The position numbers and the translations under genes are program-made. The notes under the pieces are model-generated. The model worked only from the letters and a program-made list of their open reading frames with translations. It was not told where the DNA came from and ran no database searches. A DNA stretch of 64,000 bases from the human T2T-CHM13v2.0 reference genome, Homo sapiens. Shown here in pieces: positions 42,883-56,750 of the stretch. The DNA lies in NCBI RefSeq assembly GCF_009914755.1, contig NC_060944.1. One strand, given 5' to 3'. Within the stretch, counting starts at the first letter, position 1. Each line of letters begins with the position of its first letter.

Positions 42883-44518
42883 TAAAGTCTTTATTTTTCT
42901 TTCACTTTTGAAAGATAATTTCATCAGGTACAGAATTCTAGGTTCTTTCTCTCAACGCCACCTAATAAAGGTGCCTCCTGCCCCCCACCCCACTTTGGCT
43001 TCTTTTAGAATTTATTCTTTGTCTTTGATTGTCTGTAGTTTGAATATGATATGCCTAGGTGTTTTTTTTTTTTTTTTTTTTTTTTGGCATTTATCCTGCT
43101 TGGTATTCTTTGAGTTTTCTGGATCTGTGGTTTGTTATCTGACTTTAATTTTGGGGAAAGTTATCAATTATTCTTGTTTTAAATATTTCTTCTGTTCCTT
43201 TCTTACTCCTCCTTCCTATATTCCCACTATGTGTATTTACACCTTTTGTAGTTGTCACATCGTTCCATTCTATTTTTTTTTTTTTTTGTATTTTTTCTCC
43301 ATGCTTTTCAGTTTGGGAGATTTTTATTGTGCTATTCTCAGGCTCAGAGCATCTTTCCTCATCTGTATCCTGTCTACTAATAAGCCCATCAAAGGCGCTC
43401 TATATCTGTCACAGTGTTTTTGATATCTAGCATTTCTTTATTGCTTTTTCTTAGAATTTTCATCAGTCTGTTCACATTGCCCATCTGTTCTTGTATGCTG
43501 TCTACTTCACTAATTAGAGCCCTTAGAATATTAACTGTATTTGTTTTAGATTCCCAGTCTGATCATTTCAACATCCTTGCCATACTCGAGTGTGGTTCTG
43601 TCTCTTCAAACTGTGTTGTCTTTTAATATGCCTTGTAATTTTCTCTTGATAGCTAGATGTGGTGTGGTATATATAGGGAACTTCTGTATATAGGCCTTTG
43701 TTAATATGGTAAGTTGTGGAGAAGGGAAGCATTCTATAGTCCTATAATAGGTCTCAATCTTTATTGCCTGGGCCTCTGGACTTGACAAATACCTCTCAAT
43801 TCCTCTCTCTCCCTCTTAAATGGCACAGAATTGCTAGAGTAGGCTTGAGCTGGGCATTTTTCATCTTCCATATCAAAGGTTAGAGTTGCTGGAGTTGAGT
43901 ATTTCTCTTCCCATAAGTCAGTTAGGGTCTAATCAAACCCCAAAAGATTAGACTCTGGTTAATAGTTTCTCCTGAGAACACATCTAAGAAGAGAATATTC
44001 TGGCATGTTTAAAAATGGTTCATTTTCCCCTCACCTTTCTGAAAGTGGGAGAGAAATTTTCTCTAATATTCACTTTGAGAATCAGGTCAAGCTATTGGTC
44101 GCAAAAGTGTGCCCCCCCCCGCCACCCCACTGCTTGGTGCCCCCTGGGATTTTAAACTCTCAGACTTGTCCACATTAAGCAACCAGTTCAGGCATTTTTA
44201 TCTTGGCACTGGTTCCTTTGGTGGTTTTTGCTTATGGTTTTCTGCTCTGGTAAGTTGTGATTCTTTGTTTTTCCCTGTCTGTCTTTTCAATTTTGGGGGA
44301 AGCAATTTGCCCTGTGACCTCACTTCTGTTAAAGAAGTCTAAGAAAAGTTGTTGATTTTTTTAGTTTGTTTAGTTTTTAACTTATTGTTAGGGGAGAGTG
44401 GTTACTTCCAAGTTTCTTACAGGCCAGACCAGAAATTGGAAGCCCATACCATTGATTTTGGTATATTGGTCTTACATTTTTTCACTTTGCTGAACTCATT
44501 TATTAGTTCTAATTCATG

Positions 44519-44520
<2 letters not shown>

Positions 44521-44553
<33 letters not shown>

Positions 44554-44576
44554 TGTGTGTGTGTGTGTCTGTGTGT
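44521..44576. repeat. (TG)n microsatellite
   Basis: gtgtgtgt... with two tc interruptions. Confidence 0.95.
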
Positions 44577-45216
44577 TACTTAGCATTTTCAATATACAAG
44601 ACCATCTGTATAGTTTTACTTTTCCCTGTTCAATCTGGATGTCTTTATTTCTTTTTCTTGCCAAATTGTCCTGGCTAGAATTTATACAACAATGTTGAAC
44701 AGAAGTTATGAAAGTAGCTGTTCGTATTCTGTTCCTGATCTTCCCTTAGGGAGAAAGCATTCAGTCTTTCATCTTTAAATATGATGTTAGCTGTGAGTTT
44801 CTTGTAGATGTGACTTAGTAGGTTGAGGAAGTTTCCTTTCTATTTCTAGTTTGTTGAGTGTTTTCTTTTTATTATGAAAAGTGTTGGGCTTTCTCAATGC
44901 TTTGTCTCTGTCTATAAGGATAATCATGTGGTTTTGTTCTTCATCCTATTAATACAATGTTGCATTAATTGATTTTTAGATGTCAAGCCAACCTTGTCTT
45001 CCTGAGATACATTTCACTCTGCTATGGCTTATAATTCTTTTTATATGTTGCTGGATGTGATTTGTTTGCATTTTGTTGAGGATTTTTGCATCAATATTCA
45101 TAATGGATATTGGTCTATAGTTTTCTTGTGATGATTTTGGTATCAGAGTAAAACTGGCCTTGTAGGATGAATTTGAAAATATTTCCTCTGCTTTAGTTTT
45201 TATTTTTAAAATGTAC

Positions 45217-45470
45217 TTTATTTTATTATTTTATAGAGATGGGTCTTTCTCTGTCACCCAGGCTGGAGTACAGTGGTGTGATCATAGATCACTGTAACCT
45301 CAAACTCTGGGGCTCAAGAGATCCTCCTGCTCAGCCACCCAAATAGCTAGGATCACAGGCATGCAATGCTATGCCTGGCTAATTACAAAAAAATTATTTT
45401 TGTAGAGGCAGGGTCTTGCTATGTTGCCCAGGCTGGTCTTGAACTCCTGACCTCAACTGATCTTCCCCAA
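45217..45470 (-). mobile_element. AluJ, 5'-incomplete
   Basis: gtgtgatcatagatcactgtaacctcaaactct; gggtcttgctatgttgcccagg. Confidence 0.9.
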
Positions 45471-46254
45471 CCTTGAATCCTTTCCAATTTTTATATTAAT
45501 TATTTCCTAAATATTTGGTAGAATTCATCACTGAAGTCATGTGCTTTGAGATTTACTTTGTGGAATGTTTTAAATTATTAATTTAATCACCTGAATTATC
45601 AGATTTTTTATTTCTTAAGTTGTTTTTTAGCAGTTTGTATCTTTCTAGGAAATAGCTATTTCATCAAGGTTGTGGAATTTTTGGATATAAACAGTTGTTC
45701 CTAATTTTCTCTTATAATCTTTTTCATTTCTGTGAGGTCGGTTACAATGTGTCCTCTTTCATTCTGATTTTTGTAATTTGAGTTTCTTTCTTTTTGTTTT
45801 TTTTTTTTTTTTTGGTCGATTTAGCTAGAGATTTGCCAATTTTGTTCTCTTTCAAGGAACCACCTTTTTGTTGCTTTGATTTTCTCTGTTTTTCTGTAAT
45901 CTCTCCCACTTATTTTCACTATAAACTTCATTATTTTTTCCTTCTGCTTGCTTTGGGTTTTATTTTCTCTTAATTTTGTGTTTCTTATAATGAAAGACTA
46001 GGATATTTATTTGAGATGAGTTTTAGTAGTGGCATTTATTGCTACAAATTTTTCTCTGAGCACTACTTTACCTGCATCTTATAAGTTTTGGTATGTCATA
46101 GTTTCATTTTTGTTCATCTTGAAGTATTTTCTGATTTTCTTTGTGATTTCTTCTTTGACCCATTGTTTATTTAAGAGTGTGCTGTTTAATTTTCACATTA
46201 GCAAATTTCCCAAATGTTCTTCTGTTATGGCTTTCTAATATTATTTCATTATAG

Positions 46255-46604
<350 letters not shown>

Positions 46605-47325
46605 TATTATTTCTAATAATGCAGGTCTGCTATCCATGAACTCTTTCAGCTTTTGTTTATCTGGGAATGTCTTTCTTTTACTTTTGTTTTTGAAACATAT
46701 TTTTGCTAGATATAAAATTATTAGTTGACAGGTTTTTTTTTTTTCCAGGAGTTTCAATATGTCATCTTACTGCCTTCTTGCCTTCATTGTTTCTAATGAG
46801 AAATAAGCTGTTAATCTCATTGAAAGTCCTTTGTATGTGATGAATTGGTTTTCTTTTAGTGTTTTTGAGTTTTTCTTTTGTATTTGGTTTTCAATATTTT
46901 GACTATGATGTATCTGAGTATGGATCTCTCTCTGTTTATCCTACATGTAGTTCATTTTGGATGTGTAGATTAATGTCTTTCACCAAATTTGGGAAGTATT
47001 CAGCCATTATTTCTCTGAACATTTTTTTCTTCTCTTTTCTTTTTACTCTCCGTCTGGTACTCCATTACTCCCCTTCTGGTACTTCATTACTCCTGTTACA
47101 CATATGTGGGGGTACTTAATGGTGTACTACATTTTTCTGAGTCTCTGTTCACTTTTCATTCTTTTTCCTCTCTTCTCCAGATTGCATAGTGTCTATTGAT
47201 CTACCTTCAAGTTCACTGATTCTTTATTTTGTCAGCTCAAATCTACTGTTGAGTCCCTCTAGTGAATTTTTCATTTTGGCCATTTTCACCTCTAGAATTT
47301 CCATTTGGTTCTTTAAAAATTTCTG

Positions 47326-47659
<334 letters not shown>

Positions 47660-48314
47660 TCATAATTTCCTTAGTTCTTTAAATATAGCTTTCTTTAGTT
47701 GTTTGAACATGTTTATAATAGCTACTTTGAAGTCTTTGTTTGCTATGTTCATCATCTGGGTTTTTTAAAAGGTAATTTCTATTTTTTGCTGCTTTCTTCC
47801 CTAGGTATAAGGTTAAGGTCATGCTTTCCTGTTTCTTGGCATAGCTCATAATTTTTTGTTGAAAAATGAACATTTTAGAAAATATGTTGTAGCAGCTCTG
47901 GATACTGATTTCCTTTTCTCCTTGCCCTGGGGTTGATGTTACCGTTGTTGCTTGCTTGGCAATTTGTTTCTTTGTTTGGTAACTTTGCTAAGCTAACTTT
48001 GTTAAGTCTATTTTCCTTGCATTGTGCAGCCTCTCATGTTTCTGTTCTGATTTGCATTTCTTGTTTTTATTTTTTAGTCTGGCTACCTAGGAATCACCCT
48101 TGAATCCACAGGTGGTACTTATTGGTCAGATGTTGTGTTTACGTTACTTTAGCCTGATAGATGCTTACCTCCTCTCCCTTTTGTGGGGGCTGTGTGTTGG
48201 GGGCTTAGAGGTTGCTATTACAGTCCCGGGAGTTTATGTTTTGGCCCCACATTCAGCCAGGGACTAGCTTGGAGGTTCCTTTTCCAATCACTCCTGAAAG
48301 GGCGTAGTCCTGGG

Positions 48315-48353
48315 CTTACATGCATTTTTCCAGACTTACATGCATTTTTCCAG
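48315..48353. repeat. 20-bp-period tandem duplication
   Basis: cttacatgcatttttccag-a-cttacatgcatttttccag. Confidence 0.95.
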
Positions 48354-49509
48354 GGACCTGTGTGGATTTATTTTTAAGCCCAGTTTTCTAAGAGTTCCCC
48401 TGGGTTATAGTAGCTTATTGTTTAGCCAGTGTTTTATCAGAGGTTGTGTTTAAACTCCTTGTGTGTATGAGGCCTATGTTCTTTGTTGATAAATCTGTGT
48501 TTTGCGTGGGGAATGCTTACAAGTCTGGCCCATCTCCAGTTTGATTGCTCCTAAGCGTGCATAGTGCATGTGCACAATCTTCTTGATCCTCAGGGATTGC
48601 TATGATCCCAAGAGGGTTCTTCTGGGCTATCTTTCATGCTGTTTGTTTCTGTCAAACTTCTGGACATTCTGCCATTTCACTGATACTGTTGCTACCATAA
48701 TCATAGAGATACCAGCACCCTCTCGATTACCCTTCACCAACATCTCCTTGTTTTCAATAACACCCTTAGGCATGGACTTTTCCACATTCAGTTCCAAAAA
48801 GAGTCAGTTTCGTCAGACAATGTTGTAGAGTTCTTCATCCTTATGACCTATCACTTCCCCTGGGAAGAATATCTGCACAACTGCACAGGACCTGGAGTTG
48901 GGGCAGTGGACTGTTTCTCCCTTCCTCTGCAAGCAAGTATTGGAAGGAGTGGTAACCTCTTCTCAGCCTTTCTCTACAAGCATGAAACCTCTATTTGATG
49001 AATGAGCTGGGGCCGAGATGATTGGAGCCTCAGTATGCTCAGCCTGCTACATCTAGGCTAGGGCTTCCACCATATGATAGGGGTTCAGTAGGCGCAGGGG
49101 TCCTCAGACCTTTTATCCATACCTACTCAGAATAGAGCTTCTGCAACATAGGGCTGGAAGGGCATGAGAAACACTGGAGCCCTGCCCCTCTCAAGGGTGA
49201 AAGTGTAGCCCTAGGCTGGAAACTGGGGGAAAACGAAGCCTCTGTCTTCATGGCCGAAATACCACAGACTCTTGCCATCCTTGCTGAAATTTAGTAGACT
49301 TTCTTGAATGAGTATTTCTCCATCTTGTGTATGCCCTTAGAACAATTCTAGAGACTATAAGTGATGTTTTCAAAACATCATTTTTGCCACTTAAATTCTT
49401 GTTTTTCTGTGGAAAGAATATGCCAACCTATTCACTTTCATATTCTTGAGGTCCCCAAGATCAAGTGTCTTATTATCATTTAATCTCAATGCAAGAACGA
49501 CCATGAAAT

Positions 49510-50672
49510 ACTTGACTCTTTTTCTTTTTTGTATCCAACTGTCCAAGAAATCCTGTTAGTGCTACGTTGGAAATTTGTCTAGTATTCAACCCCTTCTCAC
49601 CTGCTCCACTGCTGTCACCTGGTCAGAGCCACTATCTCCTCTCACTTGCAAGAGCCTCTTCCTTGGTATTCTTGTTTCCACCCTTTCTCTCCTGCTTTCT
49701 GTTCTTGACACAGCAGCCACACAGTGATCCTATAAAAGCACAAGTCGTAAATCCATTCCTCTAGACGGTCCCTGATGTAGTTTGGATATTTGTCCCTGCC
49801 CAAATTGAATTGTAATCCCCAGTGCTGGAGGTGGGGTCTGGTGGGAGGTGTTTGGGTCATATGGTCAGATCTTTCATGGCGTGGTGTTGTCTTTGCAATA
49901 GTGAGTGAGTTCTCATGAGATCTGATCATTTAAAAGTGTGTGGCACCTCCCCAACCCCTTGCTCCTGCTCTAGCCATGTGATGTGCCTGCTCCCACTTCA
50001 TATTCTGCCATGAGTAAAAGCTTCCTGAGGCTTCCCCAAAAGCAGATGCTGGTCCTATGCTTCCTGTACAGCCTACGGAGATGGGAGCCAATTAAACCTC
50101 TTTTCTTATAAATTACCCAGTCTCAGGTATTTCTTTATAGCAATGCAAGAGTAGCCTGTTACAGTCCCCTTTTTAACTGGCCCTGCATTACCTACCTGAG
50201 CTCCCTACCGTTTTTTTTCACTCCACTCCAGCCAATCTATTCTTCATTAAACAGACCAAGCCCACCTGTAACTCAGGGCTTTTGCAATGATTGTGCCCTG
50301 TGCATGGGATACATTTCTCCAATTATCTACGCTGATAACTCTTCACTCCAAGTCATTGCTTAAGGCACCCTTCCTGAAGAGATCTATCCTCACCCCCCTT
50401 TATAAGTGCAACATGCCCCCTTCCTCCCAGTGCTCCTTATCCCACCTTCCTGCTCTACTTTTTCTCTTTTCCATGATGCTTATCACCTTCAAAACTACGA
50501 CTTGTTTATTATGATGATTGTTTCTTGTCTACCTGTCCCCATTGGAATATGAGCTGCATGAGGGCAGAAATGTTCGTGTTTTTGGTTCACTGTTGCATCT
50601 TTAGCATTCAGAACAATACCTGGAACAAAGTAGATGCTCATTAAATATTTGTTGAACAAATTAATCATTCAT
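49510..50672 (+). mobile_element. L2 fragment split by an MST LTR
   Basis: ctcagggcttttgca; gagctgcatgagggcag; gtagatgctcattaaatatttgttgaa. Confidence 0.75.
49773..50163 (+). mobile_element. MSTA/B LTR
   Basis: tgatgtagtttggatatttgtccc...tttctttatagcaatgcaaga...aca; perfect TSD GTCCC. Confidence 0.9.
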
Positions 50673-51664
50673 TCACATCCTCTGATTAGTTATGTGGACA
50701 GCATGCTGGATGTAATTTGGGAAATAAATAATATAGATGAATGAATTTCAGGCCTTGGGTTCAGAATAATCTTGAGGCTTAATTAATGTACTCTTCTGAC
50801 ACCTTTCAGACTCTTGTTGGGGAAAATGAAAATTGCTCACTTGTGTTCCCAGGAAGATACAAAAGGCAAAAATGTAGTATTGCAGTCTCATGAACATGAG
50901 TGTGAGACTTCTTTATCAGACTACAAACCTCCTCTTGACCAGAAGTTTGATAATTTAAGTCAATATGTTAAGAAACTAAAAGCTAGAGGTCTTTGTGGGG
51001 TAGTGATATGGCTGTCCCACTTATGATGGGTCCCTTCCTTCTGCTTCACCTCCAGTTTTGTTCTGCTCCTTTATTTACTCTGTCTCAGGTGAGGTGGAAT
51101 GATGTAGCTGGCTGCTAAATTTGGGAAGAATAAACTGAACCTGCCAAGCTCAGCAACTTGAGTTTTCCTCTAGGAGATAGCCTACTTGCAGGTGTCAGTT
51201 CTCCTCTGCCATTTTGGGCCATAAGTCTTACCCCATCTCTCTATCCAGATGGGGAGAACTGTCCCAGTCAACCTGGAATGGGTAAATCTGCCTTCTCTTG
51301 TGATTCAATTAACAGGCCTATTTCATAATAAACTATGCTCTCCATTAATTTAGCCTTTATAATAAGAAGGGTGAAATTTAGGCCCCCAAATGCCACTCCT
51401 TTTTCTTAATTCCCAAATCATTGAGAAGTCAGGAAGGGGAGAAGCGTGCAATGGTGAACCTCTTGAGAGACCTTTAGTATTTTGCTTTCATTATATTGAT
51501 GAGAACGGGTTTACCTGGCCACTTGGCTGCAATGGAAGATGAGAGAGCCCTTATTTGGCATTTACACCCTCTATATTGGAAGACAGCAGGGGAGGAGAGG
51601 TTTGGGTTGGCAGCTGAGTTAGATGTGCCTATCACAGAAGTCATCAAGATTTCTTGCTCCTTAA

Positions 51665-51805
51665 ACCACTGGCACAAGCATCACCTGGAGCTTTTTAGAA
51701 ATGCAGATTATAGGTGCTACTCCAGACCTATTGAATCAGAGACTGCTGTTTAACAAGATCCCCAGGTGAGTTGTGTGTACATTAATGTTTCAGAGGCACT
51801 TCCTA
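51665..51805. mobile_element. MER5A fragment
   Basis: catcacctggagctttttagaaatgcagat...tttaacaagatccccaggtga. Confidence 0.75.
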
Positions 51806-51808
51806 GAT

Positions 51809-52540
51809 CAGAGATCTGCAAACTACAGCCTGTGGGCCAAATCCAGGCTGTGTTTGTAAAGCTTTGTTGGAACACAGCATGTTTATGTGTTTATGAATTG
51901 TCAGTGGCTGTGTTTGCACTATGTAGTGGTTAATATTGAGTGTGAATTTGATTGGACTGAAGGATGCGAAGTATTGTTCCTGGGTGTGTCTGTGAGGATG
52001 TTGCCAAAGAAGATTAACATTTGAGTCAGTGGACTGGGAGAGGCAGACCCACCCTCAATTTTGGGTGGGCACCATCTAATCAGCTGCTGGAGTGACCAGA
52101 ATAAAAAGCAGACAGAAGAACGTGGAAAGACTAGACTGGCTGAGTCTTCTGGCCTCCGTCTTTCTCCCGTGCTGGTTGCTTACTGCCCTCGAACATCGGG
52201 CTCCAAGTTCTTCGGCTTTGGGACTCTGGGACCTTTGACCACAGACTGAAGGCCGCACTGTCGGCTTCCCTACTTTTGAGGTGTTGGGACTCATATTGGC
52301 TTCCTTGCTCCTCAGCTTGCAGACGGCCTACTGTGGAACCTCACGCCTTGTGATCATGTGAGTCAATACTCCTTAATAAACTCCCCTTTATATATACATC
52401 TATCCTGTTAGTTCTGTCCCTCTAGAGAACCCTTACTAATACACACTGCAATGACAGAGTTGAGTAGTTGTGGCAGAGAACATATGGCCTGCAAAGCCTC
52501 AAGTATTTACTATCTGACCCCTTACAGAAAAAGTCTCATT
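51809..52540. mobile_element. MER58A split by MLT2A
   Basis: gcaaactacagcctgtgggccaaatcc...cagagttgagtagttgtggcagaga...tatttactatctgacccc. Confidence 0.85.
51922..52443 (+). mobile_element. MLT2A1-like solo LTR (HERVL)
   Basis: tgtagtggttaatattgagtgt...ctagagaacccttactaataca; TSD cacta/cactg. Confidence 0.9.
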
Positions 52541-53029
52541 GTTCATGTCAAGTTGAGAGCTGAAAGTGTGGCTTGGTTGACAATGCTGGGGAGACACTTG
52601 AGAAAGAAAAAGGTGTCTTTTTCTCCAGAATGAGAAAAATATGAGAGTATTGAGGGGTAAAAGGTAAGAGCTGGTACAGAGGGAGACGCTGATGGAAAGA
52701 AAGGCAGGGTGAGTTTCTGGTGGCGGGTGGGGCAGAATGCAGTCAAGGATGCAGGTTAGAGCTAGTAGCAAGGATGGGGGTAGGTGGAGGTTGAGTGAGG
52801 ATGAAGGTAACTGTTCAGGTGAAAAGAGGGGAGTTGACAGACTCCTGGCTGGGTGAGAATCTCCCACAATGCTTAGCACATAACCTAACATAAGGTAGGC
52901 ACCAGTCAATGTTTTTGAATTGAAAAAGGTGATTTGAAATAAGCTGTGGTTTCCCATTGAGTACTTTGCTTTCAAACTCCAGGACTGTGTACTTTTGCAC
53001 AAGCCCTGTGGTACAGGAAGGAGCTGGCC

Positions 53030-53150
53030 TGCTTTGTCTTATTCTTATTCTCACTTCACAGCTGGGAAATGGTGGCCAAGGGAGGATAAGTAACTATCCC
53101 TGGGTCACCAAGCCAAGTGGCCGTTTGCAGCTGGGGCTAGAACCCAAGAC
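53030..53150 (-). mobile_element. MIR fragment
   Basis: cacttcacagctgggaaa...aagtaactatccctgggtcac...ctagaacccaag. Confidence 0.55.
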
Positions 53151-53471
53151 TCTCCGCCCAAGACCTTTCTCCGGGAAGGCTGCATGAGAACCGCTGAGAC
53201 TGGGCTTAGGGGATTAGGGAAGGACTTCCCTCCAGGAGGGCTTGCCGTTAGTTTATGTTGGCTGCAAGGAACTCCAGTTATCTTTGTCAACAAATCAAAA
53301 CACAAATTTGAGGATTTTAGAGGAGGCCTCTGATTTTGCGATACCTGTGCCCAAAAGTGAGGATTGCATTTCTGTACCAGACCGAGCTCTTGTTGGAATG
53401 TGAGGTGAAGTGGGAGCCAGAAGGGGAGAGGGTGGGAATTTTGGCCAAATGCCTGAGCCTCAGCAGGCGGT

Positions 53472-53489
53472 GGGGGTGGGGCGGGAGGG
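53472..53489 (+). promoter_or_regulatory. Canonical G-quadruplex motif overlapping a GC box
   Basis: GGGGG-T-GGGG-C-GGG-A-GGG. Confidence 0.6.
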
Positions 53490-53689
53490 CCGGAGGACCA
53501 GAGTGGACAGAAGAAGAAGATGCCAGAGGCAGTCTTTGTGGCCTTTCTTGTTTCTGGGGGCTTGCCCTTCTCCCTGCTCCATTCTCCCAAACATCCTCTT
53601 TCTTCACTGTTTCCCCAGCTGCCTGAGCCCTGCTCCCCAGGGTCTCCCTGTGGCCTAGGCTCCTGTGCATGCTCTCACTGCCTTAATTC

Positions 53690-54125
53690 CTGTTCCCAGG
53701 CCCTGTGCAAACTTCTCCGGGCTGTGTTGCAGCCCCTCAGGAACATTTCCTAAAACATTCATCCATGCTGACTTTTGACAGAACCTTGGAAACCCCTTAT
53801 CCCATGGGCAACAGCAACCCGGATGTTCAGGGGAGTCAGGGTTCCCCAGAGTAACCCTTGACCAGCAGGGATCAGAAACTGAAAGCGTAGTGCTCCTACC
53901 TCCTGTCCTTTGGGCGGACAGTCTGGGAGATTTCTGCATGTGTGTCAGGGTCCTGGTGGGAGGGAGTCTCATTCCCTCAAGATCAACCTCAACACTAGGA
54001 CACAAATTTATGTGGCTTTTCTTTCTTCCCAAACCCATCCTCCTTCTTCCCAAGTCCTGCTTCCTGGGATCCCCTCCAAAATAAACCACCTGCACCCAAG
54101 CTTGTTCAGGCTCTGCTTTTTTGGT
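53690..54125 (+). mobile_element. LTR16-family LTR
   Basis: cttcctgggatcccctccaaaataaaccacctgcacccaagcttgttcaggctctgcttt. Confidence 0.6.
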
Positions 54126-54129
54126 TGAG

Positions 54130-55470
54130 TTGTATTTTTTAGATGGACAACTCTATGCCTGTAAATCAGAACGTTTTTGTCTCTTTTCTTCCAATATTCA
54201 TACGTCTTATTTTTTCTTATTTTATTCATTGCCTAGGACTAATTTTTGAAAAATATATCCCTGGAAGTTGGCATCTTGGTCTTGTTCCTGACTTTTATGT
54301 GACTAATTCTAATGTTTTACCTTTCAGTATGATGCTTGCTTCAGGTTTCTTGTAGAAACTTTTTTCTTTTTTAAATTAAGGAAGCATTTTCCTACTATTA
54401 GCTTACCACAGTTTGCCAGTAGTTATATGACAGTGTTTTAAGCCATGCAGGCGTTGAATTTTACCAAATGTGTTTTCATTGCATCAACTATTGCCACTGT
54501 AATATTGTGTAATGACCACTTCTGTACTTGTCCATTCTCACATTACTATAAAATAGTGGAGACTGGGTAATTTATCAAGAAAAGAGGCTTAATTGGGTAC
54601 AGAAAGCATGGCAGGGTCTACTAGGCTTCTGTGGAGGCCTCAGAGAACTTACAATCATGGTGGAAGGTGAAGTGGGAGTGAGTCACTTCACATGGCCAGA
54701 CCAGGAGGGAGAGCGATGGGGAGGTACCACACACTTGAAAACAACCAGAACTCATGAGAACTCTATCAGGAGAACAGCATTATGGGGAACAGCATTAGAA
54801 ACCAAGCCCATGATCCAATCACCTCCCACCAGGCCCCACCTTCAACACTGGGGATTACAATTCGACATGATATTTGGGCAGGGACACAGATGCAAACCAT
54901 ATCGCCTACATTCAGGTTTGATACAATAATTATTTTTCTCACTCATACTTTTGTAGTGTGGCTAGGTTTGGCTAATCTAGCTTGATTCTAAGTTTAGGTT
55001 GAATCTAGGGCTGTTTCAAATGTCTCATCTTCCTTGGACCAGTGGTCGAGATGGGGTGTGATAGCAGAAGTACAAGAGGGAACAAGTGGAAGCAAACGAT
55101 ATCCCACGAAGCCAAGGCTTGGAACTGGCACACTGACACTCTTAGTTCCAATTTCCACAGGCTAAAGCAAGTTCCATGGCTAAGCCCAACAGCAGTGAAA
55201 TTGGGGGAGGTTACTCTGCTTCTGTTGGAAGAAACTCAAAGGATGTAGCAAAAAGGGTGGAAGGGGTGAGAATGAAAAACTGGGAAGAAAGCAATTGATC
55301 ACGTGCATCTACTGAGATATCTATAGATATTCTCTCCTACTCTTAGTATATTATATAATTACATTAATAGATTTCCAACCGTTGAAACATCATTGCATGC
55401 CTGGAGTAATCCCTGCTTATCTGAATCAATTATTAACATTAAATGGCTGGTTTTAATTTTCTAAAATGGT
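54130..55470 (-). mobile_element. L1ME-like fragments interrupted by MaLR LTRs
   Basis: ggcatcttggtcttgttcctgacttt; aaattaaggaagcattttcc; aattacattaatagatttcc. Confidence 0.55.
54523..54904 (-). mobile_element. MSTA-like LTR
   Basis: gagactgggtaatttatcaagaaaagagg...atccaatcacctcccaccaggcccc...gcaaaccatatc. Confidence 0.9.
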
Positions 55471-55735
55471 TCCTGTGATTAATAGGCTTCCACTGGTGAT
55501 TGTGGGTTAAGGCAGATTGGACTCATTTCTGTGTGGAATCTGCCAAAGTTTGTTTCATGAGAGTGGGCCTCTCCCCTTCCTCTGAGGAGTCAGTAGCCAC
55601 CTGGGCCTTTGTGTTTCTCTGGCTCTCGTGTGCAATTTCCTGCTTTGGTTCAGGTGTAGTTGCCTTTTCCTGGTACTTGGCACAGACAGGGGAAAAGGAG
55701 GGTCCAAATGCTAAGTGGTTCTGTCTACAGTCCCC

Positions 55736-56740
55736 TGATATGGGTTGAACTGTGTTCCCCCCATGATGGTTAATATTGACTGTCAACTTGATTGGATTGA
55801 AGGATGCAAAGTATTGTTTCTGGGTGTGTCTGAGGGTGTTTCCAGAGGAGATTAACGTTTGAGTCAGTGGACTGGAAGAGGCAGACCCACTCTCACTCAG
55901 TGTAGGTGGGCACCGTCTAATCAACCACCAGCATGGCTAGAATAAAGCAAGCAGAAGAGGTGGGAAAAACGGACTTACTGAGTCTTCCAGCCTTCATCCC
56001 TCTCCTGTGCTGGATGCTTCCTGCCCTCAAACATCAGACTCCAACTTCTTCAGCTTTTGGACTCTGGGACTTATGCCAGTGGTTTGCCAGGGGCTCTTGG
56101 GCCTTCGGCCACAGACTGAAGGCTGCACTGTTGGCTTCCCTACTTTTGAGGTTTTAGGACTCAAACTGGCTTCCTTGCACCTCAGCTTGCAGATGGCCTA
56201 TTGTGGGACTTTACCTTGTGATCGTGTGAGTCAATTCTCTTAATAAACTCCCCTTCATATATACCTCTATCCTAGCAGTCCTATTCCACAGAGAACCCTG
56301 ATTAATACACTCCCTAATTCATATGTTGAAATCCTAACCTTCGGTACCTTGGAATATCACCTGATTTGGAAATAGGGTCTTTGCAGATACAATCAAATTA
56401 TGACGAGGTCATTAGGGTTGGCCCTAATGCAATATGTCTGATGTCCTTATAGAAAGGGGAAATTTGGATATAGATACACACATGGAGAATACCAAGTGAA
56501 GATAAAGATGTGGGCAATGCTTTTACAAGCCAAGGAGGGCCAAAGGTTGCTGGCAAAACACCAGAAGCCAGGGGAGAAACATGGAACAGATTCTTCCTCA
56601 CAGCCCTCAGATGGAACCAACCCTGCTGATACTTTGATCTTGAACCTCTAGCTTCCAGAACTGAGAGATGAAAAATTTCTGTGGTTTAAGCCCCCCCAGG
56701 TTATGCTACATTGTTACAGCAGCACTAGCAAGCAAATTCG
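55736..56740 (+). mobile_element. MLT1C-like LTR hosting MLT2A
   Basis: tgatatgggttgaactgtgttccc | aattcatatgttgaaatcctaacc...tttggaaatagggtctttgcaga...ttgttacagcagcactag. Confidence 0.85.
55762..56309 (+). mobile_element. MLT2A2-like solo LTR (HERVL)
   Basis: gatggttaatattgactgtcaacttgattggattgaaggatgcaaag...gagaaccctgattaataca. Confidence 0.9.
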
Positions 56741-56750
56741 CCTTCCCTGC

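Noticed and set aside
52499-54095. Cluster of overlapping 100-167 aa ORFs
   Set aside because: Explained by higher GC and repeats; no domains or coherent exon structure
55317-55330. 14-bp palindrome ATATCTATAGATAT (and TTAGTTAACTAA at 32588-32599)
   Set aside because: Low-complexity AT-rich palindromes inside old repeats; expected by chance or slippage
52444-55761. HERVL provirus between the two MLT2A LTRs
   Set aside because: The interval holds MER58, MIR, LTR16, L1 and MST pieces with no gag/pol; each LTR has its own insertion site
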